In this document: positions 47,635-56,681 of the stretch, in pieces
Position numbering within the stretch: the stretch's first letter is position 1
Layout: each line of letters opens with the position of its first letter
NCBI GenBank assembly: GCA_018969905.1
Contig: JAGWXK010000003.1
Coordinates: 1-57,610 of the forward strand
DNA length: 57,610 bases
Direction: 5' to 3'
From: Bdellovibrionales bacterium
Lineage (GTDB): Bacteria > Bdellovibrionota > UBA1018 > CAIMNF01
Notes under the pieces: generated by a model
What the model was told of the DNA's origin: nothing
What the model saw: only the letters and a program-made list of their open reading frames with translations
Database searches by the model: none
Made by a program: the position numbers and the translations under genes

Positions 47635-47711
47635 TGGCAAGGGCTTTTTCCCAAAACGATTTTCAGTTCTAGGCCATTGCCCGAATGAGGGATTCGTTTT
47701 ACCGTTTTAGT

Positions 47712-48227
47712 ATGAAAAAAAATAAACTTGTTTTGGGACTTTTCTCTATTCTTTGTTTTTTCACCTCATTGAACGCACAGGCCAGTTCCCGCTCGGTTGA
47801 CAAGATCGGGTTGAGTCTTGGCCTGATCTCCGAGCCAGCGGTATCTTTGCTGGGCTACAACCTCTCTTACAATCTGAATAACCGGCTTAGGGTAACCGCC
47901 GGGTACGGAAGCGTGAGTTCTTCTGGAAGCGGGTTTAACATTGATGTAAAGACGATTGGCTTAAATGCAAAGTACTTCCTCTTGGATTGGAATTTTGCAC
48001 CGTTCGTTGGTGCAGGTGCTTCTTCCATTAGTGGTACGGTCACCGGAACTGGTGATGTGGGTGGGATCAATGTGTCCGGAACCGGAGTTCTGTTTTCGGG
48101 TCTGATCGGAGTCGATTGGCAAACCAGCATCGGGTTCCTTTTGGGAGTGGAGTATGCCCTGCTTTTTGGAAAGGGCATCTCAAGTGGAACGGGAGTTCCC
48201 GGGTTTTATTTCGGGTGGGTGTTTTAG
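47712..48227 (+). CDS. Outer-membrane beta-barrel protein
   Basis: Signal peptide ending in AQA, alternating beta-strand pattern, C-terminal FGWVF. Confidence 0.8.
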   Translation: MKKNKLVLGLFSILCFFTSLNAQASSRSVDKIGLSLGLISEPAVSLLGYNLSYNLNNRLRVTAGYGSVSSSGSGFNIDVKTIGLNAKYFLLDWNFAPFVGAGASSISGTVTGTGDVGGINVSGTGVLFSGLIGVDWQTSIGFLLGVEYALLFGKGISSGTGVPGFYFGWVF

Positions 48228-48253
48228 TCTCCTGAATAGTTTTCAATAAAATC

Positions 48254-48298
48254 AAGAGCCCCGGGTTGAGCAGAGTTCGCTGGACCCGGGGCTTTTTT
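48254..48298 (+). terminator. Rho-independent terminator, possibly bidirectional
   Basis: AAGAGCCCCGGGT...ACCCGGGGCTTTTTT between convergent genes. Confidence 0.8.
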
Positions 48299-48342
48299 GC
48301 GAACTTGATCTTCTTTGACCAAAGCCCATGGCCGGGTTGAGC

Positions 48343-48873
48343 CTAAGGTTGATAATGATATAACTGAAACCCTAAGCGAATCACCGCATAGAGTTCGCGG
48401 TTTGTAAACATTCCCATGTCGAGTTGTTTTGTACAGAAGCTAAAGAATCCCCACGAATCAGGATCCTTTGGGATCATTCTGAAAGAAAGAGCCATAAATG
48501 CAACAGGCCCATCCTCCACGAGCATGGAGGCTCCCACTTTGCCACCAAAATAGACCGTAGGTTTTACCTCGGCCATCAAATTCAAGGATCCGTTCCAATC
48601 CGGAGGACTTGAAAAAAGCGAGTTTTTCCCAAGTCGCTTTTGCATGAATGGAAACGAGAGATCTCCCTGGATTGCGGTGATCGTCCCTGCCTCAAGGTTA
48701 ATTTTCTCAAGTGATAACCCGAAGCCAGCTCCCCGGATGTGGGTGGCACTTGCCACTACCGGCAATAGATCTAGATTTAGTCGGTCAGGAACCCTCGAGT
48801 CGAGAGCATGTGCATGGAGCGGATTTAGAAATTGAAAAATCAGAGCGATGAGCATGAGTGAATCATAATTCAA
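48343..48873 (-). CDS. Secreted hypothetical protein (beta-rich, OMP-like)
   Basis: Signal-like N-terminus ending in AHA; beta-strand-like pattern. Confidence 0.55.
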   Translation of the reverse strand: MNYDSLMLIALIFQFLNPLHAHALDSRVPDRLNLDLLPVVASATHIRGAGFGLSLEKINLEAGTITAIQGDLSFPFMQKRLGKNSLFSSPPDWNGSLNLMAEVKPTVYFGGKVGASMLVEDGPVAFMALSFRMIPKDPDSWGFFSFCTKQLDMGMFTNRELYAVIRLGFQLYHYQP

Positions 48874-48888
48874 GACGATGACTTCGGG

Positions 48889-49998
48889 CTACAGGAATGA
48901 GGGCCTGTCACGTAGAATTTCCCGACGTCTTACCCTTATTCCGATGATCCGAATTCGAAGTCGAATCAAAAAAATGAATCTGGAAAACCAGAAGTGATCC
49001 AGGTCTTTGGCAAAATAAAGCATTTCATAATCACTCCTGATCCGCTCGAGATCCGGGAAGTCCGTCTGGAGCGATTCCGAGATCGGTCCACGGGTGTTTA
49101 AAGTTCTCGCCAGTTCAAGGCGGGGATCCCGGTAAAGAAAATAAAATGCCGCCAATGCCACAAGGAGCATCAGCAGAAGACTCCATTGAAAAATGATGGG
49201 AGGAGTGGCGGTCCCTACAGTTTCGGGGGTTACCCGGATTACCCATGATGTTGGGTCAATTCTACGGTGATTTTTGAATTCCTCATCCCAAACCTCAAGC
49301 CAAGAGTGTGCGTCGGAGTCGAGATAAGTGAGAGTGCGGAGCCATGGATTCCAGCTTCCTCCCGCGTATCCGTATACCATTTGGGATTTTTCTCCGGCCC
49401 AACTGAGCAGCTCATGAGTTGAATAGGCAAAATGCTGGCAGTATCCCTGTTTGGTTTCAAACAGAAATGAATCAAGAGTGCTCCAAGTAGAATCAAGCGA
49501 ATACGAAAAGGATCCAGAAAACCACTCTTCCAGCTTTCGGAGTTTGATCTTCAGTGGTAACCCTTGAAGATGTACGCGAGTCCATTCGGATGCGTGTTGG
49601 GCTTCTGTCTCTAATGAAATAGGGCGCTGGATCCCAAGCTTTAGATATCTTTCTTCTTCGGTGGGGGTATGGTCTAGGGTCAGGCGCAAGGCTACTCGGT
49701 TTGATTTCTTGAGGCTTCGAATTTTTTGCGGATCAAACTCATAGTCCGAAGGTTGATTGTCATATCCGGTTATTCCCGTAAACCCAATGTTGCCCCCTAG
49801 GGACCAAAAAAGCGCCACGAAAGAAATGAGCATTCCAAGAAGCCTAAGGTTTGACCCTCCAAATTTAAACCCATGGGCCCACCAAAAGTAGAGAACAGCA
49901 AGAATGCTCATTGCGATTCGAAGCAGAATCGGCAGTGCTGTGTTTCCAACTGCGACCATGAGAGCAAGAAGAAAAATCGATGCAGATTTATGAAACAT
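48889..49998 (-). CDS. Transglutaminase-like membrane protein (TgpA-like)
   Basis: GYCQHFA, DAHSWLEV and IDPT Cys-His-Asp triad; TM segments. Confidence 0.88.
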   Translation of the reverse strand: MFHKSASIFLLALMVAVGNTALPILLRIAMSILAVLYFWWAHGFKFGGSNLRLLGMLISFVALFWSLGGNIGFTGITGYDNQPSDYEFDPQKIRSLKKSNRVALRLTLDHTPTEEERYLKLGIQRPISLETEAQHASEWTRVHLQGLPLKIKLRKLEEWFSGSFSYSLDSTWSTLDSFLFETKQGYCQHFAYSTHELLSWAGEKSQMVYGYAGGSWNPWLRTLTYLDSDAHSWLEVWDEEFKNHRRIDPTSWVIRVTPETVGTATPPIIFQWSLLLMLLVALAAFYFLYRDPRLELARTLNTRGPISESLQTDFPDLERIRSDYEMLYFAKDLDHFWFSRFIFLIRLRIRIIGIRVRRREILRDRPSFL

Positions 49999-50818
49999 GA
50001 TGATCTCCGGCAAACTTTGCAAGACAGGTCTTAAACTGTCTGAGTTCCTGGAGCGAACGGATTTCGGTTCCCATAAAAAATGGAACCTCAACAAAAGCAA
50101 GAAAGGTCGCTTTGGTTGGGGATCGCTCTATTTCTCGGATCCAAAAGGAAATCTGCTCGCAGGCCTCTTTCTCTGAAAGATGACGAAGGGCGTCCCAATC
50201 TAGTTTCCAGAGAGGCCGTTCATCAGACTGGCTTCTTGCGCGGAGTAAAGATTTCCCCGTTTTTTGAAAGATCTTCTCATCCCGAAGTGCGATCAGGCGG
50301 GGATCGCGGATTGGATGAAGCTCATCGGGATCCCCGGTGCTGCCCGAGAGGTCGAATCCGGGAGCCACTCCGTGATCACGTGGATTCGGAAGCACGACCG
50401 CTTGTTCATTGAATTCAAAATAGCGCCAGTATCGAAATAGCCCAGATGGAGCGAATAAATCTACTCGTTTTGCTGGATAGGAAAAAATCCCAGGGCGGGA
50501 AAATTCGGCATCCACAGTGAGCGGAGAAATAGAGTTTTGAGGGGTTGCGATGAGCTTCACTTTGGAGGGCACACCCGCAAAAATTGTGGCATCAGGATCC
50601 GGGGAGATCCTGAGCGAACGCATGGTTTTGCTTGACTCGAGCAAGTGAATTACTGTGAAAAACGACATCGTGATTACAAGCCACTGGTGGGGCCCGGATC
50701 CGCGAAAAAAGGAAAAATATCCGGCCGCCATGGTGATGAAAAGCGGGAAAAGTCCGCGAAGAGTGGGGACTGAGTAAATTCGCTCAGGCCAAAAACGAAA
50801 AGGATTCGAGAATTTCAT
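49988..50818 (-). CDS. DUF58-like protein
   Basis: Two N-terminal TM helices, PSGLFRYW, and typical position between MoxR and transglutaminase genes. Confidence 0.65.
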   Translation of the reverse strand: MKFSNPFRFWPERIYSVPTLRGLFPLFITMAAGYFSFFRGSGPHQWLVITMSFFTVIHLLESSKTMRSLRISPDPDATIFAGVPSKVKLIATPQNSISPLTVDAEFSRPGIFSYPAKRVDLFAPSGLFRYWRYFEFNEQAVVLPNPRDHGVAPGFDLSGSTGDPDELHPIRDPRLIALRDEKIFQKTGKSLLRARSQSDERPLWKLDWDALRHLSEKEACEQISFWIREIERSPTKATFLAFVEVPFFMGTEIRSLQELRQFKTCLAKFAGDHHVS

Positions 50819-51650
50819 GAGAATTTGGAACCCTGTGGGAAATCACAGGAATGAGGGCATCTTTAAAATCGGTGGGGAGGGCGTGATCCCGTCCACGAAG
50901 AAGTGCAAGCGCCCGTGAAAGCCGGAGCAGATCCTTTCCTGCACGCGGGGATAGCATCGCGCCCGTTTTTCTTGCATGATTGAGAAACCTCACGACAAGA
51001 TCGAGAAAAGTTTCAGAGACATGAATTTGATCGGCTTTCGCTTGAAGTTCCACACAACGTTCAGATCCAAGAGTCGCAGCAGGTGTGGCGGCCGGGATTG
51101 ACTCCTGCCTGAGAATTCTCTTTTCGATCTCGGGCTCGGGCACTCCGATCGAAAGACTCGCGGTAAAGCGATCAAGCTCTGACTCGGGCAGAAGGGTGGT
51201 TCCGATGTGGTCCGAAGGATTCTGGGTTGCGATGAACATTCCGGGCGAGGGGAGGGCGGTCGTGATTCCATCGACGGTGATTTCTCCTTCTTCCATGGCT
51301 TGAAGAAATGCGCTCTGGGTTCTTGCGGGCGCTCGGTTCAGTTCATCCAGCAGCACGACCTCGGCAAAAATCGGACCCCTAAAAAACTGCAAATTTCCAT
51401 CCCGGTCCGGCGCCGTTCTTCCCAGGATATCCATGGGCAGAAGATCATTCGTGCATTGGATCCGACTAAAATTGAGCGCAAGAACCGAAGCCAAGCCTTT
51501 TGCAAGGGTGGTCTTTCCAAAGCCCGGTCGGTCTTCGATGAGAAGAGAGCCGCGGGCAATGAATGTCGCAAGCGCGAGCTCCACCTCACGGGGTTTGCCA
51601 AGCAGGATCGAATTCAGAGTTTCGAGGGCAGTGATTTCAGGACGAGTCAT
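50784..51650 (-). CDS. MoxR-family AAA+ ATPase
   Basis: EDRPGFGKT, RIQCTNDLLP, LLDELNR, ATQNP and ELDRF; start ATG 51650. Confidence 0.93.
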   Translation of the reverse strand: MTRPEITALETLNSILLGKPREVELALATFIARGSLLIEDRPGFGKTTLAKGLASVLALNFSRIQCTNDLLPMDILGRTAPDRDGNLQFFRGPIFAEVVLLDELNRAPARTQSAFLQAMEEGEITVDGITTALPSPGMFIATQNPSDHIGTTLLPESELDRFTASLSIGVPEPEIEKRILRQESIPAATPAATLGSERCVELQAKADQIHVSETFLDLVVRFLNHARKTGAMLSPRAGKDLLRLSRALALLRGRDHALPTDFKDALIPVISHRVPNSHEILESFSFLA

Positions 51651-51700
51651 TCCCACCTCATTTGAATCGAAACCCGTCCTCCTCGCAAGAAAAACCTTTT

Positions 51701-52042
51701 CTAACTTCCGTGTAAGTGAAGCACTGCAATCCATCCATTGATCAAGCAGAAAAACGCGGCCGAAAGGCACTGAATGGGGCTGTCCTTGATTTTGATTCGG
51801 GTCACAACGCCCAGAAACATCAAGATGCAAAGTCCAAGGGACGCAAGCATTCCGATCCAAGGGAAGATCAATCCCAAAAGCACACCAAGGCCGCCCAGGA
51901 TTTCGAGAACCCCGGTGAGTGTCCGGTAGTGGGGCACCTGAAAGCGTTCAAATTCGGCATACATAAAGGGAGAGCGGAGACACTGGTAGCCGTAGACCAG
52001 AAACCCAAGGCCTGAGATCCAGGATGCAATCTGAAGAACCAC
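51701..52042 (-). CDS. DoxX-family membrane protein
   Basis: AEFERF...TGVLEILGGLG...RIKIKD pattern. Confidence 0.8.
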   Translation of the reverse strand: MVLQIASWISGLGFLVYGYQCLRSPFMYAEFERFQVPHYRTLTGVLEILGGLGVLLGLIFPWIGMLASLGLCILMFLGVVTRIKIKDSPIQCLSAAFFCLINGWIAVLHLHGS

Positions 52043-52386
52043 TACATGTGGTCCATGTGAGAATAAGCTACAAACACGCTAAGGATCAGGAGAAGAAGCG
52101 AGGGCACGAACTTGATGAGGGGATTCTTCACCCGAATGTGAGTCACCTGAGCACCCATCATGAGCATGGCCATGCTAGTCGCAGAGTAAAACACGAGATT
52201 TGGGTACCAAATGCCCGCTACAAGGAGGGCGGCAAGAGTGATTTTAGTGGCCCCAATCAGATTTCGAAACCAAGCCGGGTATCGATACTGCTCAAATTCA
52301 CGCACGATATTGTCAAAACGAAACACCCAGACAATCCAGATGGAAGCTGCAATTAGGATTTGAACAATTGAAATAGGATTTTCCAT
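52042..52386 (-). CDS. DoxX-family membrane protein
   Basis: EFEQYRYPAW...GATK...HIRVKNP pattern; tandem with the other DoxX gene. Confidence 0.78.
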   Translation of the reverse strand: MENPISIVQILIAASIWIVWVFRFDNIVREFEQYRYPAWFRNLIGATKITLAALLVAGIWYPNLVFYSATSMAMLMMGAQVTHIRVKNPLIKFVPSLLLLILSVFVAYSHMDHM

Positions 52387-52390
52387 AAGT

Positions 52391-53995
52391 TTAAACCCGA
52401 AGCGCCGGAGCATCTCCGCTTTTTGAGCTGTGATTTGAAGAAGTCATGCCAGAAACAGGGGCTTGCCTCAATTTCGAGTGCTTGATTCCGTAGACAAAAT
52501 AAATGACGAAACCGATCGCAAGCCACACGAACAGCCTGATCCAGGTGTCGGTGGGGAGACCATACATCACCCAAATACAAGAAATGGCACCGGCCGGACC
52601 CACAAACCAGAAAAGAGGCGCTCGGAAGGGGCGGGGAGTGTTGGGTGATTTCACCCGCAGGATCACGACTCCAAGGCACACCAATACAAACGCAAGCAGG
52701 GTTCCGATCGACACAAGCTCACCCACAAGACTCATTGGCATGCAGCCTGCGCAAATTGCAACAAATACAGCGGTGATGGAGGTTGCCTTGTGCGGAGTTT
52801 GGAATTTTTTGTGGAGCTGATCAAACCAAGGGAGCAACCCGTCTTTTGCCATGGAATAGAAAATCCGGGTTTGTCCCAGCATCAGCACCAGGATCACAGA
52901 GGTAAGTCCCATCAGTGCCCCGAACTTCACCGCAAACGAAAGCGTCTTCTGGGCGCCTTCGCTCCAGCCCCGAAGGCTTACGATGCGGTCGACTCCCACG
53001 GCCACAGGATCCGGCACACCGAGCTCCTGGTATGGAACCACTCCAGTCATCACAAGCGCCATCAAGATATAGATCGCGGTGCAGATGAAGAGCGAAGCCA
53101 GAATCCCGATCGGAAGATCGCGCTGCGGGTTTTTCGCTTCTTGTGCAGTGGTCGATACCGCATCAAAGCCGATGTATGCGAAAAACACCACGCCCGCACC
53201 AGTCAGAACGCCGGGCCATCCAAAGCTCATGATTTCCTCGCCGTTTCGCATGGACTTCGCAACAGCCGGAACAAATCCCGCAAGGCCATCGGCCGCAGGG
53301 TTTGCATGCCAGTTTACAGAATTGATCACGCCCCAGCCCACTGCAATGAAGGACAAAATGATGGCAAGTTTGATTGCAACGATCAGGTTGTTCAGGGTCG
53401 CGCTTTCCTTGATTCCCCGGTACAGCACGACACCCACAAACAGTGCGACCATGGAAGCGGGAAGATTCCAGATTCCATGAACCTGCGATCCATCCGCAAG
53501 GGTTACGAGTTCCCAAGGACCTTTGGTGAATTGCAAAAGCGAATCCGTGAACGGAATCCCGAGCGTTTTTTGGAAGAGCGAAACAAAATACCCGGACCAA
53601 GCCGCGGCCACGGTGACCGAACCAAAGGCGTATTCCAGGATCAAATCCCAACCAATGATCCAGGCAATGAATTCACCCAAAGTGGCATAAGAATAGGCAT
53701 AGGCCGAGCCCGAAACCGGAACCATGGCCGCCATTTCGGCATAACAAAGACCTGCAAACGCACAGAGGATTCCGCCGATGATGAAGCTGAATACAATTCC
53801 AGGCCCCGCATAGTTCGCGGCAGCCACTCCGGTGAGAGAGAAAATTCCGGCGCCGATGATCCCGCCGACACCAAGGAGAGTCAGGTTCATTGCATTCAGG
53901 TGGCGCTTCAGCCCGCCCGAGTGTTCACTCGCGTTCGGGTCGCCTGCGTCTGAAATGAGCTTGTTCAGATCCTTTTTCAGGAAAAGATTTGCCAT
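52391..53995 (-). CDS. APC-family amino acid permease
   Basis: GGIIGAGIF, CYAEMA, GSAYAY, FFAYIGFDAVST and AKDGLLP motifs. Confidence 0.95.
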   Translation of the reverse strand: MANLFLKKDLNKLISDAGDPNASEHSGGLKRHLNAMNLTLLGVGGIIGAGIFSLTGVAAANYAGPGIVFSFIIGGILCAFAGLCYAEMAAMVPVSGSAYAYSYATLGEFIAWIIGWDLILEYAFGSVTVAAAWSGYFVSLFQKTLGIPFTDSLLQFTKGPWELVTLADGSQVHGIWNLPASMVALFVGVVLYRGIKESATLNNLIVAIKLAIILSFIAVGWGVINSVNWHANPAADGLAGFVPAVAKSMRNGEEIMSFGWPGVLTGAGVVFFAYIGFDAVSTTAQEAKNPQRDLPIGILASLFICTAIYILMALVMTGVVPYQELGVPDPVAVGVDRIVSLRGWSEGAQKTLSFAVKFGALMGLTSVILVLMLGQTRIFYSMAKDGLLPWFDQLHKKFQTPHKATSITAVFVAICAGCMPMSLVGELVSIGTLLAFVLVCLGVVILRVKSPNTPRPFRAPLFWFVGPAGAISCIWVMYGLPTDTWIRLFVWLAIGFVIYFVYGIKHSKLRQAPVSGMTSSNHSSKSGDAPALRV

Positions 53996-54066
53996 TGTTT
54001 ATTTCTCCCAGTTGGTGTTTTATCCTCGGACGCGATCATACCCGTTTAGAGGAGTGCGTCAAGTAT

Positions 54067-55842
54067 ATGAATTGGAAATCTTTATTCCGCGTGAAGCCCA
54101 TGGAACAGATCCTTTTGGAGTCAGCAGGTGAGGGAGCCGTGCACGGAGTTCAGCTTACCTCAGGTCTTAAGCGGACTCTTTCAGTCTGGGACCTGACTTC
54201 GCTTGGAATCGCAGCCGTCATCGGTGCGGGGATCTTCTCGACTGTCGGAGCTGCGGCCTCAAACGGTGGTCCTGCGACGGTGTTTTTGTTCATCTTCACT
54301 GCAATCGCCTGTGCGTTCTCGGCGTTTTGCTATGCCGAATTCGCATCCGGTATTCCGGTGGCAGGATCGGCCTACACCTATGCCTATGCATCGCTTGGCG
54401 AACTTTTGGCCTGGATCATCGGATGGGATCTTTTGATGGAGTATGCGATCGGGAACATCGCGGTTGCGATTTCGTGGGGGGATTATTTGAATTCACTGCT
54501 TTCAGGCTATGGAATTCATCTTCCGACCTATCTTACGACAGATCTATTGAGTGCATCGCGCGGCTATGAAAAGGTAAAACTCTTGCTCGACCAGGGCATT
54601 CCGTTTTCAGAGCTTCTCACGAACGGCGCTACTCAAGGGATGCTGGATGCCTATACGGCTTGGACGACATCGCCACAGCTTTTTGGGCTTCATTTGATTT
54701 TTCACTTCCCAGCTGTGATTGCGACCATTTTGGTTACGGTCGTGGTGTACATCGGAATCCAGGAATCAAAGCGCGTGGCCAACGCCATGGTGGGGCTTAA
54801 GATCCTAGTGCTTTTGCTTGTGGTGGGGCTTGGCGCTTTTTATGTGAAGCCTGAGAACTGGTCGCCTTTTGCTCCGAACGGAATTTCAGGAGTGATGAAG
54901 GGCGTCTCTGCCATCTTTTTTGCCTACATTGGCTTTGATGCGATTTCGACGACGGCCGAGGAGTGCAAGAATCCGCAGCGGGATCTTCCGCGCGCGATGA
55001 TCTATTCGCTTGCGATTTGTACTGTGCTCTATGTGATGGTGGCCTTGGTGCTGACCGGTGTGGTGAAGTACGACAAACTTGCAGTCGGTGATCCTCTGGC
55101 CTACGTATTTGGTCCGGAAGGTGCGAATGTGAACTGGATTGCGGGGATCATTTCGATCAGTGCCGTAATCGCGCTCTTCACCGTGCTTTTGGTGTTTCAA
55201 CTGGGTCAACCCAGGATTTGGATGGCGATGAGCCGGGATGGCCTTTTGCCCGGAATTTTTTCGGCCATTCATCCGAAGTTCAAGACCCCGTGGTTTTCAA
55301 CCCTGGTGGCAGGATTCATCGTTGGAATTCCCTGCATGTTCATGAATCTGACCGAGGTGACGGATCTCACTTCGATTGGAACGCTGTTTGCGTTTGCGAT
55401 CGTGTGTGCCGGGGTGCTTGCGCAAGATCCGAAACGTCTCAAGGTTCCGGGGCGGTTTTATACACCCTACATTGACTCACGCTTCATCTATCCGGGCCTT
55501 GTGCTTTTGGGAGCCTTCCTTTGGTACCGCTACGGGAATGAGAGCCTCATCAATTATCTTGGCAACTTCGATCCTGCAAATCCCGGTGCCGTGGGATTTG
55601 AAGTATTCAAGCATCGTTTGCCGCTCACCGGATTCTTGATTCTGATCGTGTATCTCGCGGCGGCAGCGTGGTGGAAGCGTCTCTCCTTGATCCCGCTCTT
55701 GGGACTTACGAGCTGCGCCTACCTCATGACCGAGCTTGGAATCGTCAATTGGTACCGGTTTGGGATCTGGCTTGTGCTCGGGCTTACCATTTATTTTCTC
55801 TATAGCAGGCAGAATTCGAAACTTGGGAAGAGCCGAGGATGA
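54067..55842 (+). CDS. APC-family amino acid permease
   Basis: AVIGAGIF, CYAEFA, GSAYTY, FFAYIGFDAIST and SRDGLLP; start ATG 54067 after a GAGGAG SD. Confidence 0.95.
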   Translation: MNWKSLFRVKPMEQILLESAGEGAVHGVQLTSGLKRTLSVWDLTSLGIAAVIGAGIFSTVGAAASNGGPATVFLFIFTAIACAFSAFCYAEFASGIPVAGSAYTYAYASLGELLAWIIGWDLLMEYAIGNIAVAISWGDYLNSLLSGYGIHLPTYLTTDLLSASRGYEKVKLLLDQGIPFSELLTNGATQGMLDAYTAWTTSPQLFGLHLIFHFPAVIATILVTVVVYIGIQESKRVANAMVGLKILVLLLVVGLGAFYVKPENWSPFAPNGISGVMKGVSAIFFAYIGFDAISTTAEECKNPQRDLPRAMIYSLAICTVLYVMVALVLTGVVKYDKLAVGDPLAYVFGPEGANVNWIAGIISISAVIALFTVLLVFQLGQPRIWMAMSRDGLLPGIFSAIHPKFKTPWFSTLVAGFIVGIPCMFMNLTEVTDLTSIGTLFAFAIVCAGVLAQDPKRLKVPGRFYTPYIDSRFIYPGLVLLGAFLWYRYGNESLINYLGNFDPANPGAVGFEVFKHRLPLTGFLILIVYLAAAAWWKRLSLIPLLGLTSCAYLMTELGIVNWYRFGIWLVLGLTIYFLYSRQNSKLGKSRG

Positions 55843-56681
55843 AACTCGTCGGACGAAAATCCGAACAGGATCAAATCGAAAATATGCTGAAATCGGGCCG
55901 CCATGTCCTGCTCGAGGGTGCGGTCGGGGTGGGGAAGACCACTCTTGCGCTCGCTGTGGCAGAGAAGATGGGAAGGCCCGTGGTCCGTGTGGATGGTGAC
56001 GGCCGCTACACCGAGCAAAAGCTCGTCGGGTCCTTTGATCCGAAGCTGGTTTTGGAACGTGGATTTGTTCGCGAGAGTTTTATCCCAGGGCCGCTGTATC
56101 AGGCGATGGAAGAAGGCGAGATTCTTCTGATCAATGAGCTGAACCGGATGCCCGAGATGGTTCAAAACGTGCTTCTTCCTGCACTCGATGAAGGAAAGAT
56201 CCAGATTCCGGTGTTAGGAGAGCTTAAGGCCCAGCCTGGATTTTCGGTGATCGCAACCCAGAACCCCCGCGAGTTTGTGGCGACCTCGACGCTTTCGGAG
56301 GCGCTTCTCGATCGCCTCGAGTGGATCGGAATTGCTCCATTGACCGAAGGAGAAGAGGTGGAAGTGGTGAAGGCGCATCTTTCAGGGGGAGTGGGCACGG
56401 TGCCGGTTGAGGCTTGTGTTGAGCTGGTGCGACTTACCCGCACCCATCCCAAGGTAAAGCGTGGGGCTTCGGTCAGAGCCGCGATTGCGCTTGCGCAAAT
56501 TCTAAAGGCCGAAAAGCCCGGGATGCTTTCGGAAGAGCATTTCTTTGCAGTTGCACTTAGTGTGCTTGCAAATCGGATTGAGCTTCAAACCGGAAAATTT
56601 TCCAATCGCCCGTATGCGGAGCTTTTAAATGAGCTCATGCTGGAGCTTAAGGCCCTTTTAAAAAAAAAGCCCGTAGTCTGA
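55839..56681 (+). CDS. MoxR/CoxD-like AAA+ ATPase
   Basis: LLEGAVGVGKT, LLINELNR, ATQNP and ALLDR; ends just after an A9 run. Confidence 0.9.
   Translation: MKLVGRKSEQDQIENMLKSGRHVLLEGAVGVGKTTLALAVAEKMGRPVVRVDGDGRYTEQKLVGSFDPKLVLERGFVRESFIPGPLYQAMEEGEILLINELNRMPEMVQNVLLPALDEGKIQIPVLGELKAQPGFSVIATQNPREFVATSTLSEALLDRLEWIGIAPLTEGEEVEVVKAHLSGGVGTVPVEACVELVRLTRTHPKVKRGASVRAAIALAQILKAEKPGMLSEEHFFAVALSVLANRIELQTGKFSNRPYAELLNELMLELKALLKKKPVV

Noticed and set aside
52790-53953. 387-aa + strand ORF
   Set aside because: Antisense shadow of the APC permease, with atypical composition.
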